This document shows positions 9,091-17,695 of a stretch of 35,246 nt of DNA, in pieces (within the stretch, counting starts at the first letter, position 1; each line of letters opens with the position of its first letter). Origin of the DNA: Collinsella sp. GTDB lineage: Bacteria; Actinomycetota; Coriobacteriia; Coriobacteriales; Coriobacteriaceae. The position numbers and the translations under genes are program-made. The notes beneath the pieces were generated by a model that worked only from the letters and a program-made list of their open reading frames with translations, was not told where the DNA came from and made no database searches. Location: assembly GCA_048181065.1 (NCBI GenBank), contig DBEYTJ010000160.1, positions 1 to 35,246 of the forward strand, read 5' to 3'.

Positions 9091-10827
9091 CTACTCACCT
9101 CCCTTCATCTGCGATTCCGCGATAGCGCGGTACACCTCGCAGGTTTCCATGAGCTCGTCGTGCGTGCCTAGGCCCACGATCTCGCCGTCTTTGAGCACCA
9201 CGATCTGATCGGCATGCAAAATAGTCGAGATGCGCTGGGCGATGATGAGCACCGCGGCATCGCGCGTCTCGTCCTGCAGCGCACGGCGCAGTGCCGCATC
9301 GGTCTTAAAGTCCAGGGCCGAAAAACTGTCGTCGAAGATATATAGATCGGCGCGCTTCATGAGTGCGCGGGCAATGGCCAGGCGCTGGCGCTGACCGCCC
9401 GAAAAGTTCGTGCCGCCCTGGGATACCGGCGTATCGAGCCCCTGCGGCTGATCGAGCACAAAGGTGCTCTGGGCAACCTCCAGCGCATGGAGCATGTCAG
9501 CCTCGGTCGCGCCCTCGTTGCCAAAGCGCAGGTTGCTCGCCACCGTACCCGAGAACAGCCACGCCTTCTGCGGCACGTAAGCGATATGCCCGCGAATCTC
9601 ACCTTGCGAAAGGTCGTGCAGATCGATGCCGTTCAGGCGAATGGCGCCCTTCGTGGCATCGTGGAAGCGAAGCAAGAGCTTGGCCACCGTCGACTTGCCC
9701 GAACCCGTCGAGCCTACAATCGCCGTGGTCTGGCCACGGCGACAGGCAAAGCTCAGGTCGCACAGGGTATCCTCGTCGGCATCGTCAAAACGGAACGACA
9801 TGTGGTCGAACACGGCCACCGCGTCGGCACCGTCAACAGACTCCGCCGCGCACGTGTCCAGCGTGCGCTTGCCGTCCACGATGCTCGGCTCGATTTCGAG
9901 CACCTGTTGCGCGCGGTTGAGACACGCCGCGGCGCGCGGAAGCGTCAGAATCACCATCTGCGCCATCATCACAAAGAACAGGATCAGGATCGCATACTCC
10001 AGCACGGCCGAGATGCTGCCGATCTGCATGGCATGGACACCCACGCGGTTGCCGCCCACCCACAGCACCGCCACCTCGGCGATGTTCATCAAAAAGAAGC
10101 TGGAACTGTCGAGACCCACAAACAGGTGGTTGACCTTGATGGCATTGGCTGCGTAATCGCTAAACACCTCGTCCAGGCGCTGCTCCTCGTGGCGTTCCTT
10201 ATTAAATGCGCGGATGACGCGCACGCCCACGATGTTCTCGCGCAGCACCACGTTCATGCGGTCGATAAAGCTCTGCAGGCGCATAAAGATCGGCGCGGCG
10301 TTAGCCACCGTAAAGACCGCCGCCACCAGCACGATCGCAACCACCACACCCAGCAGCGTGCCCATGGCGGGATCGATGAACCAAGCAAAAATGATGCCTG
10401 CCACGGCCAAGAACGGCACCGGCAGCACCAACTGAATCGTCTGAAGGACAGCTTGCTGAATCACGTTGATGTCGTTAAGCGAGCGCGTGATCATCGAACC
10501 CGTGCCAAAGCGCTCAAAGTCGCTGGCCGCGAGTTCGAGCGACTTGTCGTACACGGCATTGCGGATATCGCAGGCCACGTTGGCGGCCAGGCGCGCCGAA
10601 AGATAGCAGCCCAGCACCGTGCCGCCGCTGGCCATGCCGGTCGCGATAAGCATGTACAGGCCGTTGCGTAAAATATAGTCGACATCGCCCGTGGTAATAC
10701 CGGTGTTGACCATGTTCGCCAGCATCGTGGGAACCAACAGCGTACCGACGTTATCTATCAGCACCGCAAACAGCGTCACCGCAATCAGACCGCGGTACGG
10801 CCTCATAAACCTCATTAAGAGTCGCAT
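9091..10827 (-). CDS. Heterodimeric ABC exporter subunit (TMD+NBD, degenerate site)
   Basis: GSTGSGKS, FSGGQ, YIFDDS (D replaces catalytic E), IAQR (Q replaces H), as in TM287/TmrB-like subunits. Confidence 0.93.
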   Translation of the reverse strand: MRLLMRFMRPYRGLIAVTLFAVLIDNVGTLLVPTMLANMVNTGITTGDVDYILRNGLYMLIATGMASGGTVLGCYLSARLAANVACDIRNAVYDKSLELAASDFERFGTGSMITRSLNDINVIQQAVLQTIQLVLPVPFLAVAGIIFAWFIDPAMGTLLGVVVAIVLVAAVFTVANAAPIFMRLQSFIDRMNVVLRENIVGVRVIRAFNKERHEEQRLDEVFSDYAANAIKVNHLFVGLDSSSFFLMNIAEVAVLWVGGNRVGVHAMQIGSISAVLEYAILILFFVMMAQMVILTLPRAAACLNRAQQVLEIEPSIVDGKRTLDTCAAESVDGADAVAVFDHMSFRFDDADEDTLCDLSFACRRGQTTAIVGSTGSGKSTVAKLLLRFHDATKGAIRLNGIDLHDLSQGEIRGHIAYVPQKAWLFSGTVASNLRFGNEGATEADMLHALEVAQSTFVLDQPQGLDTPVSQGGTNFSGGQRQRLAIARALMKRADLYIFDDSFSALDFKTDAALRRALQDETRDAAVLIIAQRISTILHADQIVVLKDGEIVGLGTHDELMETCEVYRAIAESQMKGGE

Positions 10828-11315
10828 GTGTCCCCCTCGCCCTTATCGTCAGCCTCGTTCTCGGCGGCCACTTGCCGTTTAAATGCCTCGCACTCTTCGT
10901 TCAGAACATGGGAGAACTTACCGACCAAGCGCATGATCTCGCGCTGTTCCCACGGCTCGAGTGCCTCGAATGCCTGTTGCTCGGCTTTTTGCGCCGGCAA
11001 CGCGTAGCGCTTGGCAAACCGCATGCCTTCTTCGGTCAGTCGCACAACCTTGTTCTTACGACTGCCCTCGGCAAACTCCAACGTCGCAAGCCCTCGCGCC
11101 CTAAGCGTCTTAATCGCCGAATTGATGGTCTGTTTGCTGTAGAACCATTCACTCGTCAGCCGACTCACGGCAACGCTTCCGCCCGCCGCACTCGTGTCGA
11201 CGAGCATCCAGTAGGCGCAGTCCGAAAGACCGCAGGTACGCGCGAACTCCGAATAGATACGGTCAAGCCCGTTAAGCATCCGGTCGAAATCGACCAGGCT
11301 AACTGCACTATTCAT
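10815..11315 (-). CDS. MarR family transcriptional regulator
   Basis: SKQTINSAIKTL helix and R.K.VRLTEEG wing; overlaps ABC start. Alternative start 11327. Confidence 0.88.
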   Translation of the reverse strand: MNSAVSLVDFDRMLNGLDRIYSEFARTCGLSDCAYWMLVDTSAAGGSVAVSRLTSEWFYSKQTINSAIKTLRARGLATLEFAEGSRKNKVVRLTEEGMRFAKRYALPAQKAEQQAFEALEPWEQREIMRLVGKFSHVLNEECEAFKRQVAAENEADDKGEGDTCDS

Positions 11316-11331
11316 CTCTCCCACCATTCGA

Positions 11332-11390
11332 TAGTCCGAGTTTTGACCAATTTATATCTCTACATTAGTCCGAGTTTTGACTATCGTCAA
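11332..11390 (-). promoter_or_regulatory. marR-ABC promoter with two tandem palindromic operators
   Basis: TTGACG (11385-11390) N17 TAATGT (11362-11367); TAGTCCGAGTTTTGAC repeated exactly at 11332-11347 and 11366-11381. Confidence 0.75.
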
Positions 11391-11432
11391 TAAGCTCGTT
11401 GTTTATGGTCGGCTCTACATGAGCAGATCGAC

Positions 11433-11468
11433 AAAAAAGACCGCCGGCGCGGGGGCGGCGCCGGCGGT
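11433..11468 (-). terminator. Intrinsic terminator
   Basis: ACCGCCGGCGC/GCGCCGGCGGT 11-bp stem followed by T6 on minus strand. Confidence 0.8.
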
Positions 11469-11494
11469 TGCGAGAGAATATCAGTTGTTGGCCG

Positions 11495-11785
11495 TTAGGC
11501 AGCAACGGCCTCGTAGACCGTGGCGCCCGAGAAGCTATCGTGCAGGCTCTTGCCGCAGATCCACGGCAGCTCGACGACCTCGCAGACCGTGTTGACCAGC
11601 TCGGAGCAGTCAGTAAAGTGGCCCTTATCGTTGAGGGCCTCGCAATCCTGAACACGCCAATAGCCATCGGTGTGCGTGATGTAGTACTCGTGATCGTTAA
11701 TCGACACGAAAGCGCGCGTCTTGGAACGCAGCAGCTTCAGAAATCCTTCGAAGTCGGTCTCGACGACATCTCCAGCCTGGAACAT
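11495..11785 (-). CDS. Small hypothetical protein (96 aa)
   Basis: AGGAGG RBS, typical codon usage, own terminator; no family recognised. Confidence 0.8.
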   Translation of the reverse strand: MFQAGDVVETDFEGFLKLLRSKTRAFVSINDHEYYITHTDGYWRVQDCEALNDKGHFTDCSELVNTVCEVVELPWICGKSLHDSFSGATVYEAVAA

Positions 11786-12079
11786 GATGTTACCTCCTGG
11801 CCCGGCGCCACCATGGCGCGTTGATAAACGTTGATACTCCTTTAGTAAAACCTTTATCAGAGCTTATGCGCGCATCATTTAGGCAAGTGGTAAAAAACCG
11901 CAGGGTAGACGGGATAAAACGTTTAACCATCCCACCGGTTTGTCACATTCTGGCTGAAGTTTTATGCAAACCAACTTTTCCACTTGGTAGCTTGCATTGT
12001 TTGGGGCCGACTGCGCGATTACGGCTACGGCACGACGGGTAAGAACGGAACATCTGCAATGTCATCGCTAGGAGGACCC

Positions 12080-12601
12080 ATGGAGACCATCGAAGCGCTC
12101 ATCCACCGCCGCAGCTGCCGTAATTATAGCGATCGCCCCGTCGAAGCCGAAAAGCTCGCACGCATTATCGAAGCCGGCCAGTACGCGCCGAGCGGCATGG
12201 GACGCCAGCCGGTCACGTTTGTCGCCGTTACCGACCCCGCGACCGTCGAGCGCCTCTCGCAGCTCAACGCACAAGTTATGGGCAGCGAGGGAGATCCCTT
12301 CTACGGCGCCAAGACCGTTGTGGTGGTGCTCGTCGACCGCAGCGTGCCCACGCACCTGGAAGACGGCTCGCTCGCCATGGGCAACCTGCTCAACGCAGCC
12401 TATGCGCTGGGCGTCGATTCGTGTTGGATCCACCGCGCGCACGAGGTCTTTGACTCACCCGAGGGACTGGAACTGCTGGCCAAGTGGGGTCTGCCCGCCG
12501 ACGGAAGCCTGCGCGGTGTGGGCAACTGCATTCTGGGCTACGCCGCGGACGCACTCCCCGAGGCAAAGCCGCGCCGCGACAACGTGGTGTATGTCGGGTA
12601 A
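12080..12601 (+). CDS. Nitroreductase family protein
   Basis: RRSCRNY, APSGMGRQP, GNLLNAAYALGVDSCWI, ILGY; GGAGG RBS. Confidence 0.93.
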   Translation: METIEALIHRRSCRNYSDRPVEAEKLARIIEAGQYAPSGMGRQPVTFVAVTDPATVERLSQLNAQVMGSEGDPFYGAKTVVVVLVDRSVPTHLEDGSLAMGNLLNAAYALGVDSCWIHRAHEVFDSPEGLELLAKWGLPADGSLRGVGNCILGYAADALPEAKPRRDNVVYVG

Positions 12602-12604
12602 TTA

Positions 12605-12632
12605 GTTCCGCCGTTCTAACGAACGGCGGAAC
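12605..12632. repeat. GTTCCGCCGTTC-N4-GAACGGCGGAAC palindromic repeat (copy 1)
   Basis: Perfect 12-bp arms; related copies at 29437-29463 and half copy at 19722-19733. Confidence 0.8.
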
Positions 12633-12635
12633 AAT

Positions 12636-13913
12636 CTAGTCGACTGGATGATAGAAGGTATCGACGACCGTTTGCTTTACGTTGTCCTGGTCCAGGTAGA
12701 ACTCGGCGAAGGTGTCGCCCTGCTGCATGGTGCCCTGCAGCGTCACGACATCAAACGAAGTCAGGCCGTGCTCGAGCATCGTGGTCGCCAGATAGCTGAA
12801 CTCATCGAGACCCAAATTGGTCCACGTATAGTCGCCCATAGCCTGATACAGGCTGATGAGCATGGCAGGGTTACTCTTGGCACTGCTGAGCACCTTCGAT
12901 GCAAACGCCTGCACGTAGCTCACCTGGCGCGCTGTACGATCCAGCGAAGACGTCAGATTCGTCGTGTCGCGCCACTGCACATACTTTTCCGCCGTTGTAC
13001 CAAACAGCGTGGTCTCCTGGCCCTCGACCACCTCCGTGCCCGGCACCGTCTGCGTAGGCACCAGCGTCACGCCGCCGATGGAGTCATTAATGGGAGCCAC
13101 GCCCTCGATATTGAGCGTGTAGTAATAGTCGACTGGAATATTGTCGAGCACGCGCGAAGCGGCGGCGGCCGTCAGTGCCGATGAGTTGTCGCCATCGGTG
13201 CCATAGGCAAACTGCAAGCACAGCTGCTCGGTCACCTGGCCGGCAAACGAACCATTGGAATACGTATCTACGGCAACCATGCTGTCACGCGGGATGATAA
13301 TGCCGCGGGCCTCGCCCGTGTCGGTATTAAGCGCTACGACCATTACGGTATCGGACTGGCCCTTCTGGGTGCCGTCATCGTTATTGCGGCCATCAAAACC
13401 GATAAACGCCACCGTGGCCATATGCTTGTTGAGCGCATACTTCTTGCCGTTATAGGTAATGGTGTCGCCCTTGGCCTTAATGACCTTTTCGGTCTTTTCC
13501 TCAATCTTCTTTTTGCCTTGGTTCACGCTGTGATTCACAAAGCCCCAGCCGGCAGCAGCAACCGCACCAATCACGAGCAGCACGATCAGCAGCGTGCGGA
13601 TACGGCGGCGGCGCTTGATGTGCTTAATCGACTCTTTGGAGCGTCGACGACGCTGAGGTGCCGTCTCATCAAGCGAAGGCCACTCTGCCTCATCAACAGG
13701 CTGCGCCGCAGCTTCATCGGTCTTTGCCGATGCGTCGGACGAGGCCTCGGCCTTGCTCTGCGATTTTTCGTCAGGCTGAGGCGTCGGAGTGTCTTTGGTC
13801 TCCCATTGAGGCTCGACAGGCTCCGCCACATCCTGAACCTGCTGCTCGGGATTGTTTACTTGATTTTCGTCGGGATCCACCGCATCGATAAAGTGCTTGC
13901 CACGGGGGTTCAT
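12636..13913 (-). CDS. LCP (LytR-CpsA-Psr) family protein
   Basis: Acidic cytoplasmic N-term, RRRR plus TM helix, then SDTVMVV, IPRDS, WRD, R.ARQ motifs. Confidence 0.9.
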   Translation of the reverse strand: MNPRGKHFIDAVDPDENQVNNPEQQVQDVAEPVEPQWETKDTPTPQPDEKSQSKAEASSDASAKTDEAAAQPVDEAEWPSLDETAPQRRRRSKESIKHIKRRRRIRTLLIVLLVIGAVAAAGWGFVNHSVNQGKKKIEEKTEKVIKAKGDTITYNGKKYALNKHMATVAFIGFDGRNNDDGTQKGQSDTVMVVALNTDTGEARGIIIPRDSMVAVDTYSNGSFAGQVTEQLCLQFAYGTDGDNSSALTAAAASRVLDNIPVDYYYTLNIEGVAPINDSIGGVTLVPTQTVPGTEVVEGQETTLFGTTAEKYVQWRDTTNLTSSLDRTARQVSYVQAFASKVLSSAKSNPAMLISLYQAMGDYTWTNLGLDEFSYLATTMLEHGLTSFDVVTLQGTMQQGDTFAEFYLDQDNVKQTVVDTFYHPVD

Positions 13914-13915
13914 GA

Positions 13916-14734
13916 CTATTTTGTCTCCTGGTCGCTTGTTAACACACCGCTGACAATATAGCGCGAGTTGCCCTGCGAGCTATCGAGCATGCAGGTGCTC
14001 AACTGCACAATCTTACTATCTGCATCAAGTGTCACGCCGTCACGTGCATTTTTGAGCAATGCGTCCGGATTACAGACTGAATTAAAGTAGTCCTGGCGCA
14101 CGGCAGGGTCGGCAAAGTTAAACGAATTGAGAATGTGACGGTCGTCATATTGATAGGCCGAGACAATCTTGTACGTCAGAATATGGCCCGGCGTGTAGAT
14201 ATAGAACTCGCCGTTCTCGTTAAAGAAGTCCGCGTCCTCAAAGCTATGCAAGTTGTGGAACACGCCGCCGTTCACATGGCCGTAGATCACCGTGACGGGA
14301 TCGCTAAAGTCGCGCGCGTTTGCCATCTGACTAAACGCTGTGCCGTAGGGGTCGTACTTGCCGTCCTTGTCGTGGTCCAGATAAAACAGGTCGTCCGTCG
14401 TGCTCTGCAGCAAGGGCGTGTTGATATCCGCACCCGGAATGTAGAGCCACGCATAGATATCGGCGTTCTCTTGAATGAGCGGAGCGAAGTCGATGGGGTT
14501 GTCCGGCAGCTCCTTGCCCTTTGATTCGACCTTCGTGGCGGGCTTTCCTGTTGCACTCATCTCCTCGGCGCGCTGCTGCTCTAGATGATTCATATAGAGC
14601 ACGTAGCCACCGCAGCCGACTGCGACTAGTAACAACACTACGAAAACGCCCTTGAGTATCATGGCGCGACGCTTTTTGTCCGAGTCGCCCATATGCTTAA
14701 CTTCCATATGCTTGCCCTGCGGCTGCTGTGCCAT
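13916..14734 (-). CDS. srtB: Class B sortase
   Basis: N-terminal TM; IDF..L..EN.DIYAWLYIPG, VIYGH, QLSTC, RYIV (His/Cys/Arg triad). Confidence 0.9.
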   Translation of the reverse strand: MAQQPQGKHMEVKHMGDSDKKRRAMILKGVFVVLLLVAVGCGGYVLYMNHLEQQRAEEMSATGKPATKVESKGKELPDNPIDFAPLIQENADIYAWLYIPGADINTPLLQSTTDDLFYLDHDKDGKYDPYGTAFSQMANARDFSDPVTVIYGHVNGGVFHNLHSFEDADFFNENGEFYIYTPGHILTYKIVSAYQYDDRHILNSFNFADPAVRQDYFNSVCNPDALLKNARDGVTLDADSKIVQLSTCMLDSSQGNSRYIVSGVLTSDQETK

Positions 14735-14762
14735 GGTGTTCCCTTACCCTGTAAATCGGCCG

Positions 14763-14791
14763 AAAAAAGGACCCGCACAAGTACGGGTCCT
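14763..14791 (-). terminator. Intrinsic terminator between surface-protein gene and srtB
   Basis: AGGACCCG...CGGGTCCT stem followed by T-run on minus strand. Confidence 0.75.
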
Positions 14792-14820
14792 CAAATCTTA
14801 CGGTTGAAACCGTGTGTGTG

Positions 14821-15384
14821 CTAGTTGTTCTTACGAAGAGCAACAAAAGCGCAGGCAGCGCCAGCAGCGGCAACAGCAGCCACAGCGGCAACAGCGGTGG
14901 TGTTCACGCCGGTAGCCGGGGACTTAGCACCGTTGTCGGTGGTAGCAGCGCCAGCAGCGGTCTTCTCAGCCACGATGGTGTAGGTGGAGAGCTTGGTGAC
15001 CTTAAAGACAACGTTACCGTTGTTGTCGGCGGTCAGGTTCAGCTGCTCCGTAGTGCCGTCGTTGTACTGGACATAGACGGTAACCTTAGCGTTGGCGTAA
15101 GCCTTGCCAAGGGTGAAGGTGACGGTCAGCGGGTTGGACTCGGAAACGGTGCCCTCAACGGTCTCGGTGATCTCGAAGGAAGCGACCACGTTGGCACCGG
15201 CAGGGGTGCCCTCGGCGTTCTTGGTGGTGGAAACAACCTTGACGTTGGCGTTGTTAACGCTGGCGGTCACGTTGTTGGCGCCGGTGGCGGTGGTGTTGGC
15301 AGGGCTCGGGGCGGCGAAAGCAGCCACGGGCAGAGCCAGGGCAAGAGCGAGAACGCTCAGTGCTGCCATGAATCTCTTCTTCAT
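14821..15384 (-). CDS. Secreted cell-wall-anchored protein with SPATG sorting signal
   Basis: Sec signal peptide (MKKR...AFA), T/N/V/A-rich body, SPATG (14908-14922) + hydrophobic stretch + RKNN tail. Confidence 0.88.
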   Translation of the reverse strand: MKKRFMAALSVLALALALPVAAFAAPSPANTTATGANNVTASVNNANVKVVSTTKNAEGTPAGANVVASFEITETVEGTVSESNPLTVTFTLGKAYANAKVTVYVQYNDGTTEQLNLTADNNGNVVFKVTKLSTYTIVAEKTAAGAATTDNGAKSPATGVNTTAVAAVAAVAAAGAACAFVALRKNN

Positions 15385-15552
15385 GTTAGGTGCTCCTCAA
15401 CTTGCAGCTTGCGGACCTTTAAATGCCTAGTAGTATAGCTTTTTTTACAAATTGTGACTAATGAGTTCTATATGAAACAACATTGCTGCTTTTTTGCTCA
15501 CTCATTGGCCCCAAACGGCGACTTGGTGTGATGGTTCTGTGACTTATTGGCC

Positions 15553-16128
15553 TTATGTTACGGGCGTGACCTGCGAACCCGCGCCGTTTGCACTGGTTTC
15601 GCTAACCTCGCTGTCCGTATCCTCGCCCTTTTGGGCATCGGTGATCGTTGCGGCAGCGGCAACAATACCGCGCTGAGACGCCACGCCCGTCTGTGCCTGA
15701 GCGCCCTCGACAAGCTCCGTGCCGGCATGCGCGAGCTCAGCAGATTTGAACATCGCACTCAGGTCGACCCCGCCGCCAGCGTAGCCGAGCGCGGCAAGTG
15801 CGATCACAATCACCGCAACAACAACTGTAATCGGCACATAACGATGCCAGCCAGCAGGATTGAGCCCACTGCGGCGAGCCGCACCGCGGCTGATATAGCC
15901 CAGCGTTCCGTCGTGCTTAAGCTTAGAGCCCACCACGCGCTTGCGCCCCCACAGCGTCGACTCGGCCTGCATGGCCAAGCGAGCGCTTGCCGAAGGATAG
16001 CCGTATTTGGTGCGCTTGAACGAACCGTCGAACCCCGACGCGTGCTTGCCCCACGTCCGGGACGTCGTGCGGCGGTTAACTGGAGCCGCGCTCCGTCTAT
16101 TCCGGTTTGGTTTTGAAGTCTCCGCCAT
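15553..16128 (-). CDS. Hypothetical single-pass membrane protein
   Basis: Basic N-term, hydrophobic VPITVVVAVIVIALAALGY, acidic low-complexity C-term; start uncertain (16128 or 16182). Confidence 0.65.
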   Translation of the reverse strand: MAETSKPNRNRRSAAPVNRRTTSRTWGKHASGFDGSFKRTKYGYPSASARLAMQAESTLWGRKRVVGSKLKHDGTLGYISRGAARRSGLNPAGWHRYVPITVVVAVIVIALAALGYAGGGVDLSAMFKSAELAHAGTELVEGAQAQTGVASQRGIVAAAATITDAQKGEDTDSEVSETSANGAGSQVTPVT

Positions 16129-16212
16129 ACGCCCCCGCACGCCGTAACACAATCGAAACATTACTGCTTTGGACTGTAGCACACGCGCCGCACGCGGTCA
16201 CGGGCGCCTCGC

Positions 16213-17430
16213 TCAGCGGTCGTCGTCCTTCAGCAAGCGCCACAGGGTCGTGCGGCTTATTCCCAGCACCTCGGCAGCGCGGGTCCGGTTGCCCTGAAGG
16301 TGGCCTACGACCAGCCGCGCGATATCGCGTTCGGTATCGGCCAGTGGACGCAGGATATACAGATCGCTGTCGAGCGTCGGAGCGCCAAAGGTTGCGGTTT
16401 TGATGACGTCCTCCTGGGCGAGCACCTCCTCCGCCACTTCGCGCTCCGCCACACCCGACCCTACTAATATATAGAGTCGTTCCGAGACCTCGCGCAGCTG
16501 CAGATAGTTGCGTGGCCAGCGATAGCCGTTGAGCATCGAGGCAGCCTCCTCGGACATACTCGGAGCGGCAGTTCCAAAGGCATCTGACAGATATGACAAA
16601 TACCGCGCAACCTTTTTCGATGCGCCACCCTGCTCGGCAATCGCAGGCGCCACACTTACTGCGCACGCCAAGCGCTCGGTTACAAAAGCGGCCTGATCGC
16701 TTTCGCCACCGCCCGGCATATCGTTTGCCGTCAGAACCACATGGCAACGCGCGGCCAGCGCCGTGTCGGTCATCGTAGAGACAAGCTCGCGCAGACGCTG
16801 CGGCGAAAGTGCATGCCAGCCGCCAATACAAAGGGTCAGCCTCGCCTGGAACAGCGGCGATTCCGAGCTTTTGAGCAGATGGCGCCAGCCGCGATCTGTG
16901 AGCTCGTCAAGTGCCACGGACACAAAGGGTTCGTCAGCATAAGGCCCATCCAGATAGAGGCGTTTTGCAATCTCTGCCTGGCCGGCACCCAGCTCGCCCT
17001 CCAACATGAGGGGCACGCCGCGGGCATAGCTTTCGCAGACGGGACCAGCGACCGCAGCGGCACCCTCGACAATGCCGTACGCGCTTGCCTCGTAGCGCGC
17101 CTCGACCTCATCTGCGTTAAGCCACTCAATACCCGCATGTGCCGCCACACCGTGCACCTCGCGGACCACGACTACCCAAAGCGCGCCGTATTCCTTGGCG
17201 ACCGGACGCACCGTAAGGCTCAAGCGCCCTCCCGCATGTCCCATCACCAGGCGCGTGCCGTTGCCCACGCGCCCCAGGCGCTCGGCGACAAATGCCGCGA
17301 CATCTTGCTCGAGCGCGACATCATCCATGGTCGAAATCGCCACGCGTCCACGCCCATCGATTGCCAACGCCGAGGCCCCGGCAGCAGCCAAGGCCTCGAT
17401 CAAGATTTGTAGCTTGGCGTCACTGTTCAT
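16213..17430 (-). CDS. Degenerate sigma54-activator-like (PrpR/NtrC-type) regulator with Fis HTH
   Basis: LMLEGELGAGQ (decayed Walker A), PFVSV, YRWPRNYLQLR (WPGN.REL-like), GNRTRAAEVLGISRTTLWR Fis HTH; no GAFTGA. Confidence 0.8.
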   Translation of the reverse strand: MNSDAKLQILIEALAAAGASALAIDGRGRVAISTMDDVALEQDVAAFVAERLGRVGNGTRLVMGHAGGRLSLTVRPVAKEYGALWVVVVREVHGVAAHAGIEWLNADEVEARYEASAYGIVEGAAAVAGPVCESYARGVPLMLEGELGAGQAEIAKRLYLDGPYADEPFVSVALDELTDRGWRHLLKSSESPLFQARLTLCIGGWHALSPQRLRELVSTMTDTALAARCHVVLTANDMPGGGESDQAAFVTERLACAVSVAPAIAEQGGASKKVARYLSYLSDAFGTAAPSMSEEAASMLNGYRWPRNYLQLREVSERLYILVGSGVAEREVAEEVLAQEDVIKTATFGAPTLDSDLYILRPLADTERDIARLVVGHLQGNRTRAAEVLGISRTTLWRLLKDDDR

Positions 17431-17695
17431 ATTGCGCCCCGTCCTCGGCGCCACGCCGCCACCGACGGCTGCGCGAGCGAGTGTTTCAAAATTGAACGAT
17501 ATTGCTCACCAAACACTATAGGGCAGAAGCCACCGTCCTGCGAGTATATGAGTTGCCCCGCATCGCCATCCTGGCGGGGCGATAAGAGCTCTTCGGGACC
17601 TATCAACCTGCGGACAAGCCATACCCGCAAGAGCTCCTATCGCTCCACCGCGGACATGCGCTCGCCAGCACGCAGCACGCAAATCAGTTACTTCT

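Noticed and set aside
4081..10671. Long + strand ORFs opposite ilvE, dedA and the ABC genes
   Set aside because: Shadow ORFs lacking RBS or family motifs.
17500..17695. Remnant of a LysR gene next to yeiH
   Set aside because: No convincing LysR motif in the frames I read.
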